Shown: positions 20,507 through 31,100 of the stretch, piece after piece
Numbering within the stretch: the first letter of the stretch is position 1
Layout: every line of letters begins with the position of its first letter
Source: a virus
Strand: one strand, 5' to 3'
Length of the DNA: 64,000 nucleotides
IMG/VR virus record: IMGVR_UViG_3300045256_000653
Location: 1 to 64,000 of that record
The notes under the pieces: generated by a model
The model's database searches: none
What the model saw: only the letters and a program-made list of their open reading frames with translations
Told to the model about the DNA's origin: nothing
Made by a program: the position numbers and the translations under genes

Positions 20507-22273
20507 TCAAGTTTGCGAGAGGATGTGGCAGATCTTGGAGCCCGTCTCCAAGTCGATGATGTGACCGTCGCCAGGGCCGCCGAAGCCGCCCTGTGCCAAC
20601 GTCTTGTTGAAGAAGTTGTCGTACGTCAGGTCGAGCAGGATGCTCATGGCGCCCGACACCGGATCCAGCGTCACAGCCTTTTCGCCGAAATCATCGGAGT
20701 GCCCAATGCTGATGTCCTTCACGACACCAGAAAGCGAGATCATCGACGAGGTGTAGGCCGTCTCGAAGCGGAGATGTCCGTTGTCGATCGCAGCGATGCC
20801 GTACTTGCGCTGATTCGTCTGGTCCGACCCCCAAGCGCGACCAGCTCCGTAAAAGCCGGACGTGAAGAAGAAAACGAAGCCGCTGTATTGTGCGACGACG
20901 CCAGCTTTGATTGCGTGGCCGGGGTAGTCCCACACCTGAGCGCGTGTCAGCCAAATCTGGCCGCCTTTTTGCGCCATGATGATTCCGGTTTGAACGAGTG
21001 TGTCTGCATCGAGCGGCATGACAGCACCGTCGCTCGCAATGATGCCAAGGTGGCAGGCCCCGCTTTCGACGTAGAGGAATCCCGGTCCGACACCAATCCA
21101 ACTGTCAACGCAGTCGCAATTGAGGATGTAGCCGAAGGAGTCCGGATTGGGGCTGGCGCCCGCAGCAATTTCTGTAACGAAGTCGAACCCACAGGCAACA
21201 AAGGCTACGGAGCCCCCGTCGTGAACGATAACGGGTTGGGTGGCAGGGCTCTGGCTGTCGCCACCCATGATGGTGCGGATCCTGAATCCGTTGAATGCGA
21301 TACCCGAGCCGTTGTAGTCGCCGTTGCCACGGCTGATGATGTGATCGACGAAGAGGAGTTGGAGATCCTCAACGACGTAGGGGTCTCCAATCTGCGGAAT
21401 GACGTCCGTCACTCCGACTTGAGCGAAGTTCGCAGTATAGGCGAACGGCACGGGGATGGCCGGATTGCTTGTACGGATGATGCCGTTGGCACCGCTGCCC
21501 GGCACGTTGAACGATCCAAGGTTGCCTGGCACTGTCCAGCAAATCGCTCCCGCTCGCGGTCCACCGGTGATGCGAATGCGCTGCTCAGAATGGTTTCCCT
21601 GGCGAACGTTGCCATTCCAGTCGAGCGTCTGGTTGTACCAATAGTCAACATCGTGCGGCGGGGCCACGGGCGGTGTTTGGTTCGCACCGAGCATGTTGGT
21701 GTCGGTAAGCAGCCACGGCGTGTCGTTCGGATAGTTCCGGACGGGCTGCGTGACACCAGTGAGCGTGCCCGAGTAATAGACACGTGGAGTCATCGCGTGG
21801 ACGCGAATCTGCGTCAGCGGGTAGTTCGTTGGTTGCGGCGCCGGAGCGGGATTGGGGATCCTATGAACCGGGCAGTAAAACTCGGACCGCCACGGGTCGT
21901 TCGGGTCATTGCTCCCGTACAGGTAGATGTCGGCTCCGCCTACGGGAGGCTCCCAGCGCACGCCGACTCGGCGACGATGCTCGCGGAGAGTCTTGAGAGC
22001 GGTTCCCTGGAGGAGTCCGTCATTCTCATCGTTGCCGTTGACGAAATCGATGTGCCACGTCGTTTGCGCAGTGAACTTGGCGTGTGGGATCTCTTTGCGG
22101 ACCCACCGGGTATTCCCTCCCACGCTGGTGGCCTCCACGGCAATGTGATCGACCGTGTACGCGGATCCGTTGACGACATACACGAAGTCTGAGGCAACGG
22201 AGTCAACGAAGATGGCGTCGCCATCGAAGGAGCCGTATCGCGTCGTCAGGTTGTTGATTGTTGCTACGCTCAT
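20507..22273 (-). CDS. Tail fibre/virion protein, paralogue family
   Basis: VDHIAVEAT..GGNTRW, HIDFVNGNDENDG and C-terminal GGFGG. Confidence 0.65.
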   Translation of the reverse strand: MSVATINNLTTRYGSFDGDAIFVDSVASDFVYVVNGSAYTVDHIAVEATSVGGNTRWVRKEIPHAKFTAQTTWHIDFVNGNDENDGLLQGTALKTLREHRRRVGVRWEPPVGGADIYLYGSNDPNDPWRSEFYCPVHRIPNPAPAPQPTNYPLTQIRVHAMTPRVYYSGTLTGVTQPVRNYPNDTPWLLTDTNMLGANQTPPVAPPHDVDYWYNQTLDWNGNVRQGNHSEQRIRITGGPRAGAICWTVPGNLGSFNVPGSGANGIIRTSNPAIPVPFAYTANFAQVGVTDVIPQIGDPYVVEDLQLLFVDHIISRGNGDYNGSGIAFNGFRIRTIMGGDSQSPATQPVIVHDGGSVAFVACGFDFVTEIAAGASPNPDSFGYILNCDCVDSWIGVGPGFLYVESGACHLGIIASDGAVMPLDADTLVQTGIIMAQKGGQIWLTRAQVWDYPGHAIKAGVVAQYSGFVFFFTSGFYGAGRAWGSDQTNQRKYGIAAIDNGHLRFETAYTSSMISLSGVVKDISIGHSDDFGEKAVTLDPVSGAMSILLDLTYDNFFNKTLAQGGFGGPGDGHIIDLETGSKICHILSQT

Positions 22274-22276
22274 GCA

Positions 22277-24964
22277 TCACCCATCGAACGCTTGGATGAG
22301 GAAGGACTGCTCGCTGAGATTGTGCGCGCCGCCGCCGAACCCTCCTGGTTGGGCAGCGGACAAGTTCGCGTACGTCTCGGCGAGAGGGTTGGAATACGAC
22401 CCAGCGCCCTCGTTGAAGAATCGCGCTTTCCCTCCGGAGCCAAGTTTGAATTGGCCCAGGGTCCCGTAGATGTTGGGGAGGTGTTCCCAAGAGCCTTGCG
22501 TAGAGCCTCCGACCCAGAGGCCGACCCCCGCCGCTCCGCTTCCAAAGATTGGGAAGTTGCCTCTGTCCCCGAGTTTCACAAGACCCGCTGTCGAGTGGTG
22601 TCCGGGTGTGCCTAGAAGGAGTGCGTGGCCATGCGGGTTATCGCCGAAGGCAACGGCGTCCCAGATGGAGATCGAACGAATCTGAGTGCCGCCGTGAACA
22701 ATGACGTACCCGGTCTGGATGGTGGTGTGGTAATCGAGAACGCCCGCATCCCCCAACCCACCAGAGACTCGCGCGATGGCGATCCCAAAGTTATCCGTGC
22801 GAATGAGAGCGCCGCCGCAATATCCCATACCACCCGAGGGCGATTGCGAGATGCTGATCTCGTTAAGGCCCCAGGTCCTGCAATTGCCGAAGAGCGTCGT
22901 TCCATTGCTAGGGTCATTGAGGAAGTAGCCCTCAATGAGGCACCGGTAGAAGAAGGCCGGGTTTCCGGTTGAGGTTGTAACCGCGAAGCTTCGATCGTTC
23001 GGATTCGTCTGGATCGTAAGGTCCGCGATGTTGGTGTTGCTGGCCGAACCAAATGTGCCGGACACGTCGAGTACGGAGTCCAGGTAGATGTGGCCGAAGT
23101 TCACGGACACGGGATCTTGGATTTGGTACGCGTCGCCGTTCCCCGGGAAGCTGTTCGTCGGAATCGGGTTGAAGTTCGGCTCGTCCACCGTTTGGGGGAC
23201 AGAGATCCGCGCCTGGTGCCCGCCGAGGTCTTTCAGGATGTAGGCCCAAGAGTTGGCAACGGGGAAGAAGATCCGCTTGCCGATGTAGGGCGTCCAGTTG
23301 GCGAGGTTGCTGTCCCGAATGATCGTCGGAGAGCCCCCGTTCGCTCCGGTCGGATTCCAGGGCGTGAAACCGCCGAGCGCATCCAGAGAGCCCGAGTGGA
23401 GGGTGGTCGTGTTCTCTCCGAGGATGCGGATGAACGTGTCCTTCGCGGCGATGACGTCCAACTCGAAGCTGTCGGGTGCGTTGATCGGATTCAGAATGTG
23501 AATGTTGGTTTCGAGCGAGATGGGTTCCGCAGACAGAACGTTTCGCCTACCCCACCGGCGCAGAAGCTCTTGAGCCGTCCTGAGCGGTGCAGGAGATCCG
23601 GGCGTGTTCGTGTAGATCCCTTGGTTCTCGTCGTTGCCGTTAACCGAATCGATGTAGACGTTCGCGATCTTCGTGCGCCAATCGGCGTGGTTGAACGTCG
23701 TGCGGATCCAACGGGTGTTTCCGCCGAACGCGGTGGCTTCCACTGTGATGTGATCGACGGTCTCGGACGAGTTGCTTGCGAAGACGAAGTACGACTTGAG
23801 CGTCTGCACGTACGCCTGGTCGCCATCGTGCCCGTACATCGAGGTCAACGCTGCGACGTTGGCTGCGAGAAGTTCTCGTCCGCTCGTCTTGACGGTAAGG
23901 CTGGCCGGCGTGCCGCCCGAGAAGTTGAGCGAATACCCGGTCGCTTCATCGAAGGACACGTAGCCAACGCTCGCCCCGAACTTGATCCGGTTGCCGCTCT
24001 GGTAGAAGCCCGTGCGTGCGACTCGGAGAACGTCGGTGCTATCAACGTCGATCGCATTGGAGGGGCTTGCCGGACCGGCGAAGGTTCCGCGCTCGACATC
24101 CAGCGAGGTGACGTTGCGGACGTAGATGCCGGCGCCGTTCGGAATGAGATCGGAGGTAGGAACCGTCCATCCACAGCCCGTGAAGGCAACCCGATGGATC
24201 CGGAAGCCACCCGTTTGCGGGGCGAGAGCGACGGAATACTTCGCACCGCTGTCGAACGTGCAGTTTCGGAACTCGACTTCACCGAGCCCGGACGTCGGTG
24301 GGTTGGCCGCCTGGTTTCCGATCCAGATCCAGCCTTTGCCGTTTCCCTTCCCGTGTGCGGTTCCGTTGAGCGTGCCGCTGTTCTCGAATCGAACGCTGTC
24401 GAAGAGAGCGCCCTTCACGGGCAGCGAGTAGCTGATGCAGGCTCCGAGAGCGTCGGTGCCGCCGAAGTAGCAGCCGCAGAAGTAGAGGTCGCGTGCGTAG
24501 ACCTTTCCGGCCAAACGAACGATGCCGGAGGCGTCCGTGTCCACTCGGACGCCGTAGAAGGACAGACCTTCGAGGGCCGCTTGGCTTGCGCCAGCGAGAT
24601 CGAGAAGGTTCGTGCAGTCGGCGGTGATGATCGGGTTGCCGGCAAAAACAAGCTTCCGGACAGCCACCATCCCGATCGCGTTTTGAATGACGAGGCGACC
24701 GAGTTGCTGGTTGGCCTCTCCGACCTTGATGATGCTCGCCGAGCCCTCCCCAAAAATCTCGACGTTGTTGGCGAGGCCGGCAAAGTCCTTCGAGGCCAGA
24801 GTGCTCCAAAGCCAAACGCCCGGAGGAATGTAGACACGTCCGCCGCCCGCAAGCGCGACTTGATTCAGTGCGCTTTGGACTGCCGGTCCGATGTCTTGGT
24901 TTTCGATTGCTCCGAACGTTCGGATGTCGAAGACCTCTTCGGAATGTCGGAAGAGGACATTCAC
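22277..24964 (-). CDS. Tail spike/fibre: beta-helix plus paralogue module
   Basis: GTG start overlapping the upstream stop. VFDIRTFGA N-terminus, YIDSVNGNDENQG, GGFGGGAHN. Confidence 0.7.
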   Translation of the reverse strand: MNVLFRHSEEVFDIRTFGAIENQDIGPAVQSALNQVALAGGGRVYIPPGVWLWSTLASKDFAGLANNVEIFGEGSASIIKVGEANQQLGRLVIQNAIGMVAVRKLVFAGNPIITADCTNLLDLAGASQAALEGLSFYGVRVDTDASGIVRLAGKVYARDLYFCGCYFGGTDALGACISYSLPVKGALFDSVRFENSGTLNGTAHGKGNGKGWIWIGNQAANPPTSGLGEVEFRNCTFDSGAKYSVALAPQTGGFRIHRVAFTGCGWTVPTSDLIPNGAGIYVRNVTSLDVERGTFAGPASPSNAIDVDSTDVLRVARTGFYQSGNRIKFGASVGYVSFDEATGYSLNFSGGTPASLTVKTSGRELLAANVAALTSMYGHDGDQAYVQTLKSYFVFASNSSETVDHITVEATAFGGNTRWIRTTFNHADWRTKIANVYIDSVNGNDENQGIYTNTPGSPAPLRTAQELLRRWGRRNVLSAEPISLETNIHILNPINAPDSFELDVIAAKDTFIRILGENTTTLHSGSLDALGGFTPWNPTGANGGSPTIIRDSNLANWTPYIGKRIFFPVANSWAYILKDLGGHQARISVPQTVDEPNFNPIPTNSFPGNGDAYQIQDPVSVNFGHIYLDSVLDVSGTFGSASNTNIADLTIQTNPNDRSFAVTTSTGNPAFFYRCLIEGYFLNDPSNGTTLFGNCRTWGLNEISISQSPSGGMGYCGGALIRTDNFGIAIARVSGGLGDAGVLDYHTTIQTGYVIVHGGTQIRSISIWDAVAFGDNPHGHALLLGTPGHHSTAGLVKLGDRGNFPIFGSGAAGVGLWVGGSTQGSWEHLPNIYGTLGQFKLGSGGKARFFNEGAGSYSNPLAETYANLSAAQPGGFGGGAHNLSEQSFLIQAFDG

Positions 24965-25179
24965 GTACCAGCTCCCTTGGCAATGCAGTGCGGGCACTTG
25001 CCGTCAGGGTCGAAAGCGCGCTCCGATGCACCGCGAAGATCTTTGCCGCACATGGCGACGATGGACCTATCCGACTTGTACCGGGCGATGTCCGCGCAGT
25101 GGTACGTGGTCTCAAGTTCGAACTTGATCCAGAGCGGACCGGTGAACGGGCTGTTGTTGTCGAAAGGCATCATCGGCAT
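24961..25179 (-). CDS. Small Cys-rich protein
   Basis: YHC..MCG..CPHC, in a similar position and pattern to 18777-18998. Confidence 0.5.
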   Translation of the reverse strand: MPMMPFDNNSPFTGPLWIKFELETTYHCADIARYKSDRSIVAMCGKDLRGASERAFDPDGKCPHCIAKGAGT

Positions 25180-25186
25180 GGGGACC

Positions 25187-27271
25187 TCACGTCACCGAGC
25201 CCAGCACCACGGAGGCGCGCTGCTGGAAGTTGTGAGCCGAACCTCCAAAGCCTCCGGATGCAATGGCGAGAGCGAGATTCGCCCACGTGCACGTGATCAC
25301 GCCCGTGGGGGCGCCCACGGCTTCGTCCCACGCACGAGCGGTCGCCGCATCGGCAAGGATGAAGTCGCCGCCGGTCCCCGTGATTGTCGTGATCGAATTC
25401 CTGTGAATGCTGAGCGAAGAGCCGGCGGACATTCGGATGCCCGCCCCAGCATTCCCCGATCCCCAGATCGAACCGACAACGCCCAAGCTGGCCGCCTGTT
25501 CGAGGAACACGTCTTTCGCGAAGCCGACGTTGATTCCGTGTCCCCCAGGATTGGCGAAGGAGATTGGGACATCGAACACGGCAACACTGCCGGCGTTGAT
25601 TGCGTTGGACCCCACAAACAGAAGGGGGACCCCCTGGAGGTACGTGGTGACGTTGCCAAAACTGCCGCGCCAATTCGAAACGAGGAAGAATGGGTTTTGC
25701 GCGTTGATGTACTTGAAGAGGCAGCCGGAAAACCCGATGTTGTTGAAGAACGTCGTGCCCAGCACGCCATCGCTCAAGAACGAATTGATGTAATATTCCG
25801 AGCGGAGATAGAGCGGCTGACGGACGCGGCATCCGTAATACGAGATGGAGAGGTTGTGACCATCCGCGTGATCAGAGATGGCGAACCCAGGGCCGGGGTT
25901 CTGGATGTCCAGGTTCGCGACGTTGACGATGAGTGCGAACCCGAAAGCCGAGGTGGTGCGCCTAACACGAATCTCACCCAGGTTGATCTTCGTAAGGCGC
26001 TCGACCGCGTAAGTATTGCCGTTGGCGGGGGTCACGGCGTTGGCCGTATTGAAGAAGTCCGGCTCGTCCCAAGTGCAGGGAGGCGAGACCCTCAAAGAAC
26101 CGCTTCCCAAATCCTTCGCGGGCCAGCACGTGCCGTTGTTTGCCGGGCCGTTGGTGAAGCGGATACGCGCGTCCGTTTCCCACGTGACAACGCCCGTGTC
26201 TTTGATCACCCAGGGCTGGTTGGTGTTCGGGTTTTCGACGATGACGCCACCGGAGTTCGCAAGTGTGCCCGTCCGCAACGTCGCCGTGTTCTCTCCGAGA
26301 ATTCGGAAGTACGTGTCCACGTCGGCGGTGACATCCAGCTCGAAGTAGTCGGGCGCCAGGAGGTCGTTCTTGATGTGGTAGCGGATCGACAGGTCCACGC
26401 TCGTGCTGCGGACCAAGTTGCCGTGACCGTAGCGGCGCGAGAGTTCCGCACCCGTCCTGAGCGCGGTGAGCGCCGTCGCGCCGTTGTTTTCGTCGTTGCC
26501 GGCGATGCTGTCGATGTACCAGTCGTCGTGTTCGAGGCGCCACGAGGGGTGGCTGAACGAGGTTCGTAGCCAACGCGTGGCCCCGCCGCTTTGGGTGGTT
26601 TGGACAGTGATACCGTCCGCAGCCAACGTAGAACTCGACGTGTAGATGAAGAACGTCTTCAGCGTCTTGACGAAGACGAGTTCTCCCTCGACGCCGGGCA
26701 GGAGCGCGAGTTCCGCCATGTTGTTGGCGATCGTGACGCCGCTTGCGCCCTGCTCTTTGAGGAAGTCGATGACCCCCTGAACGGTGTTGAACCCAAGGTG
26801 CGGCGTGTTGAGAGAATCGTCGTAGAAGAGAGCGGCGGCGCCCGTTCGGAGGATCGGGTTGAGGAGTGTCGCCCAACCAAAGGACGTGTTGCCTTCTCGC
26901 TGTTCGCCGGTGGACGCGACGCGCTTTCCAAACGACGTCAACGTGTAGATCGCAAAGGTCGAGATGAGGGGACCCCCAGGTCCGGTCACCGTGCTCATGA
27001 AGAGCAGCGCTCGTCCTTGCGCGTTGGGGTAGGTGAAAGTGACAGTCGCGTTCGGCGTCGTCACCTGGTTCGTCGAGGGATTGACGTTCGTGAGGGACGG
27101 AGCGGTCGAAAGCTCGTCCGTACCGATGACCTGGAGGTACCACTTGTCCACCCCAGTGGCATCGACGAGCTTGATGCTGATCGTGTGGTTCTGGCCAACG
27201 TTCACGCCGTTTGCGGGCGGATTGAACGGGCCAGCGCCATCGGCGACAAGACACAACGGGGAAATCAGCAT
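25187..27271 (-). CDS. Tail fibre/virion protein, paralogue family
   Basis: About 170-aa N-terminal domain paralogous to 28162-33387. Also YIDSIAGNDENNG. Confidence 0.7.
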   Translation of the reverse strand: MLISPLCLVADGAGPFNPPANGVNVGQNHTISIKLVDATGVDKWYLQVIGTDELSTAPSLTNVNPSTNQVTTPNATVTFTYPNAQGRALLFMSTVTGPGGPLISTFAIYTLTSFGKRVASTGEQREGNTSFGWATLLNPILRTGAAALFYDDSLNTPHLGFNTVQGVIDFLKEQGASGVTIANNMAELALLPGVEGELVFVKTLKTFFIYTSSSTLAADGITVQTTQSGGATRWLRTSFSHPSWRLEHDDWYIDSIAGNDENNGATALTALRTGAELSRRYGHGNLVRSTSVDLSIRYHIKNDLLAPDYFELDVTADVDTYFRILGENTATLRTGTLANSGGVIVENPNTNQPWVIKDTGVVTWETDARIRFTNGPANNGTCWPAKDLGSGSLRVSPPCTWDEPDFFNTANAVTPANGNTYAVERLTKINLGEIRVRRTTSAFGFALIVNVANLDIQNPGPGFAISDHADGHNLSISYYGCRVRQPLYLRSEYYINSFLSDGVLGTTFFNNIGFSGCLFKYINAQNPFFLVSNWRGSFGNVTTYLQGVPLLFVGSNAINAGSVAVFDVPISFANPGGHGINVGFAKDVFLEQAASLGVVGSIWGSGNAGAGIRMSAGSSLSIHRNSITTITGTGGDFILADAATARAWDEAVGAPTGVITCTWANLALAIASGGFGGSAHNFQQRASVVLGSVT

Positions 27272-27335
27272 GCCGGGCTCTGCTCAAGCCCGAGGCATAA
27301 GAACTGTATCTTCCAGGACTACGGCCACACTAGAG

Positions 27336-28160
27336 TCACCATTCGATGATGATGATCCCGGACCCGCCGTTACCCCCACGACCCGGTGTCCCAGAGGTTG
27401 CGTTGCCGCCGCCTGATCCGCCACCGCCACCGCCGCCAATGCCGGTGTTCGCCGTCGCGTCGGTTCCTTGGGTAGCGTTGCTCGACGGAGCGCCGCTGTT
27501 TCCGTTGGACGCGGCGCCGCCGCTGACTCCGATTGCGATCTGATTTCCAGCCGAGACGCCACCCCCACCACCGCCGTGATACGTGCTTTGGTTGGTTCCT
27601 GCCGAACCGACAGTTGGGTACGTGCTAGTCGTTCCTGCCCAGCCGCCGGGACCCGGCAAGTTTCCGGGTCCGCTACCACCGGCCGCACCACCGTCACCCG
27701 ACTTGAAGACGGTGGTTGAGCCCACGTTTGCGTTGAGAGTGCCACCCAAACCGCCAGCACCATCCGAGGCGCCAGAGCCATCGGATCCTTTGGCACCCCT
27801 GCCAGATCCTTTGAATGCGGCTAGGACAGTCCCACCTGCGTGAGTCTGGAAGAGGGAGTCGTTCCCATCGGTTCCGTTTTGGGGTGAGGGCGCAGTGCCG
27901 CCTCCGGACCCTCCAGAGCCGCACGTCCCGTCGTAAACAGTGCCCGGGGTGACGGTTACCGGAATGGGACCGCCCCATTCCGCAGACCCTCCGGCGCCGC
28001 CGCCCCCACCGCCGCCCGCAGACCCAGCTCCGGATCCCGTGCCCTTGCCACCCGCACCACCGCCCGCTCCACCCCCACAACCGGAGACGAAGACCCTGGT
28101 CACACCATTGGGGCATGTCCAAGACGTGGCGACTGTCGCAGTGAAAACAAACCTGGGCAT
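27336..28160 (-). CDS. Glycine-rich tail protein
   Basis: WTCPNGVTRVFV.GCGGG...GGNGGSGIIIIEW, the typical phage Gly-rich domain. Confidence 0.8.
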   Translation of the reverse strand: MPRFVFTATVATSWTCPNGVTRVFVSGCGGGAGGGAGGKGTGSGAGSAGGGGGGGAGGSAEWGGPIPVTVTPGTVYDGTCGSGGSGGGTAPSPQNGTDGNDSLFQTHAGGTVLAAFKGSGRGAKGSDGSGASDGAGGLGGTLNANVGSTTVFKSGDGGAAGGSGPGNLPGPGGWAGTTSTYPTVGSAGTNQSTYHGGGGGGVSAGNQIAIGVSGGAASNGNSGAPSSNATQGTDATANTGIGGGGGGGSGGGNATSGTPGRGGNGGSGIIIIEW

Positions 28161-28161
28161 G

Positions 28162-31100
28162 TTAGCAATTGAACCTTCTGACGATCCACCAATCGGTGCC
28201 GTCCGAGAGCAGCTCAAGGGTTGCGTACGGACCCCCGCTCACAACCATGTCGCCAGCCGTTCCTTCGATCTTTCCAGAACCAGTTCGAACTAGCGTGAAA
28301 AGGTTCGTCGAGTCTGCGGTGCCCGTCGTCGATTTGGCGATCACCTTGCGGCCGGCCCACAAGCTCGGATCCGGCAGCGTGAGATTCTTGCCGTCCGCCG
28401 TTGCGAGGAGGTACGTGTCCGGTCCGGTGGTATCGACCGTGTAGTTGTTCGAGAACGCTCGCTGCTGGCTGCTCTCCGTTCCGCTGATGATGGAGGAGAG
28501 GATGGCGTTGAGGTATTTGATTTCGAGAACGGTGGTGCCGTCACCGGTTCGCAGGCGCACGCCGCCGTCAACGCCGCCCGTTGCTTTTGCTCCACCTTGG
28601 AGGAGGAGGTACGCGCCGTTGCGATTCGTACCTGTCGCCGATGCGAAGGCGCTCTGCGCGTGAAACAGGAAGTCGTGGACGGCGGCGTCGCTCGTTCTGG
28701 ATTCCTGGTAGATCTGCTCGGTGAAGCCCTGATCGAAAATCAGGTTGTTGCCGTTCCAGTAGAGCAACGAGCCGCCGGCGTTCCAATTGATGCTCGTGTT
28801 CGCGACTTCGTAGATCGAAGCCGGGAATCCGGCGCCAGTCGAATAGCTGCCGATGTAGACGTTGTTCGAAGTGAAGTAGATACCGCCGATATCCGCGCCA
28901 TTCGACGAGTTGCGGAATCGGATCTCGGAATCGTACGGGAGGAGAATGGAGACACCGGTCGCAGTGCCGATCGTCGCGAAGTTCGACTGCCCCATCTGAA
29001 TGGCGCCGTCCAAACCAGCGCCATCATGAAGGCCGGGGCGAAGCCACAGGTTTCCTCCATTTCGGTTCGCGCCGGTCGAACCCGTGAAGGCATCTTGGCC
29101 AGCGATCTGCAACGTGTGCGTCGCCGCATCACTGGTCATCTTGTCGTAGATGATCGTCGCGCTTGTCGCATCGACACCGAAGCGGAACTTCGCTGTCGCG
29201 GACATATTGAAAAGGTACGAAGGCGTCGCGTAGGACTGCCCCAGTTGGAACGTCGAGGGCGATCCGTTGACGTACGCCATCTGGTACGTCCCGCTGATGC
29301 CGAAGTACATGTTGACGGACGGCGCGTTGAAGTACGTGCTCGATCCGTCTCCGAGGAAGGACCAATTCGTGCTGCTCGGAGCTGTGGCTGCGTTGCCGAA
29401 CCACATTGCGCCGTACGTTGTTCCGCCGTCAACGTACTCGCCCATCGTGATGATGTTCGTGCCGCTGTAGCGGATGTTGAAACCACCGCTGTGTCCCGGG
29501 GACCCAACCTTCGCCGGAATGTCGATCGCCACGTTGCCTGGATTGCGATTCGCTCCCGTCGCAGATCCAAATGGCGCCATTCCTCGAATGATGAGATCTT
29601 TGGTCGCAACGTTAGAGACTTGGCCACGCTTCTCGATGACTTGATCGATGGTGACGTTGTACGCTTGCATCACCCCCGTGTTGAGGATGTACCAGTGCGT
29701 GAGACCGGAGAAGCACGCGATGTTGACGGCGTTGACGGCGTTGAGCGTCAAGGAGCCGACTGGCGCCGTGAAGTCTTTCTTCGCTCCGAGGATGAGTCCT
29801 CCCGAATCCCAAGAGACCAACCCGTAGTCGGTCGCCGAGTAGTTTCCGGCGAGGATGTTCTCGCTGTCTTTGCTTCGGATGTTTCCGAAGGCCGGGAAGG
29901 TCCCGCTGGCTGAATTCAGTCGAAGCGGCAGGTAGAAGTCGAACGTGCTGGCGTTGAAGTCGCCCGTGAGTACCGCGCCAATGCCCGTGTAGATGTGGCC
30001 TGCACCGCCAGGCGCGTTGACGTAGGTGTTAGTGCCATCACCCTCGATGGTGAAATTCGTCGAGCTATTTGCCGTGGCGTTGTTCAGGATGTAGAGCATC
30101 CCGTAGTTGGCAGGGGCGCCTGCGTTTGGGCCGATTCGAACTTGGAAAGTGCTGCTCGTGCCGACAGACAACGACGGCGCAGCCGTCCCGCTCAATTGTG
30201 CGATGGCCGTAGTCGCGACGCTCCAGTAGTGCGTCCCCGAGCCTCCGGGCGTGTTCCAATACGAATTTGCCCCGTCGCCAAGAATCGTATAGTTGGTCGC
30301 GCTGCTCGCTGTTCCGTTGCTGAGAATGTAGAGAGAACCGAACAACGTGGGCGTACCGACAGTCGGAGCAAGCCGAATTTGCATCTCTGTCGCTTTTCCA
30401 ACGGAGAGCTGGCTGCCTGTTTCGGTGAACGTTGCGTACTCGGTGTGCGTCGAACCTCGAATGTGGTGTGCAAGCGCGTCGAGGTACATGTTCCCCGGCG
30501 TCTCGATCGCGATCACACCATTCGAGAGGACGTCAACTTCGCTTGCACCTTGAAGAGACAGGTTGCTGACTTGGGAGACGTCACCCACCTGCACGTTGTT
30601 GGTGCCGTCAACGGAAAGGACATTTAGGTTGCCGGTGTTGCCGGAGTTCCTGGCCTTGATGTTGAAAGTCTTGGGCCAACGGAGGTAGCCGGCCGTCGCA
30701 AAGGTGTCCCCGTTGACACCCATCTCGATGTAGCCAAACGACGAGGTGTAGCCGCCCGTGTTTGCACCGATCAGAAGAGCAAGGGCTCCACCTTCACGAT
30801 TGGCCCCGGTGGCGGTCCCCGACGCATCTTGGGCTTGATACGTGGTCTTCTTCGTCGCGTTGTCGCCAGAGCGCTGGGATTGACGGAAGAGGGGGTTGAC
30901 GTCTTCGGCGTAGTCCCAGCTTCCGTAGGGGTAGAGCAGCGATTGGCTATGCCCGCTGGAGAAGACCGCAATGACACCGCAGTTATAGAGGTACCAGGTG
31001 TATGGCGGGCTGTTGTACCCGAAGTACATCAGCGACGAGGTATCGAGGAACGTGATGTCGTTGCTATCGCCAAATCGCTTCCCGCCGAGGACAGGATCGA

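Noticed and set aside
23090-26569. 1159-aa plus-strand ORF (also 20468-22192, 7723-8982 and 28597-29913)
   Set aside because: These are antisense shadows of real minus-strand genes. They are Arg/Val-rich with no motifs, as expected in high-GC DNA.
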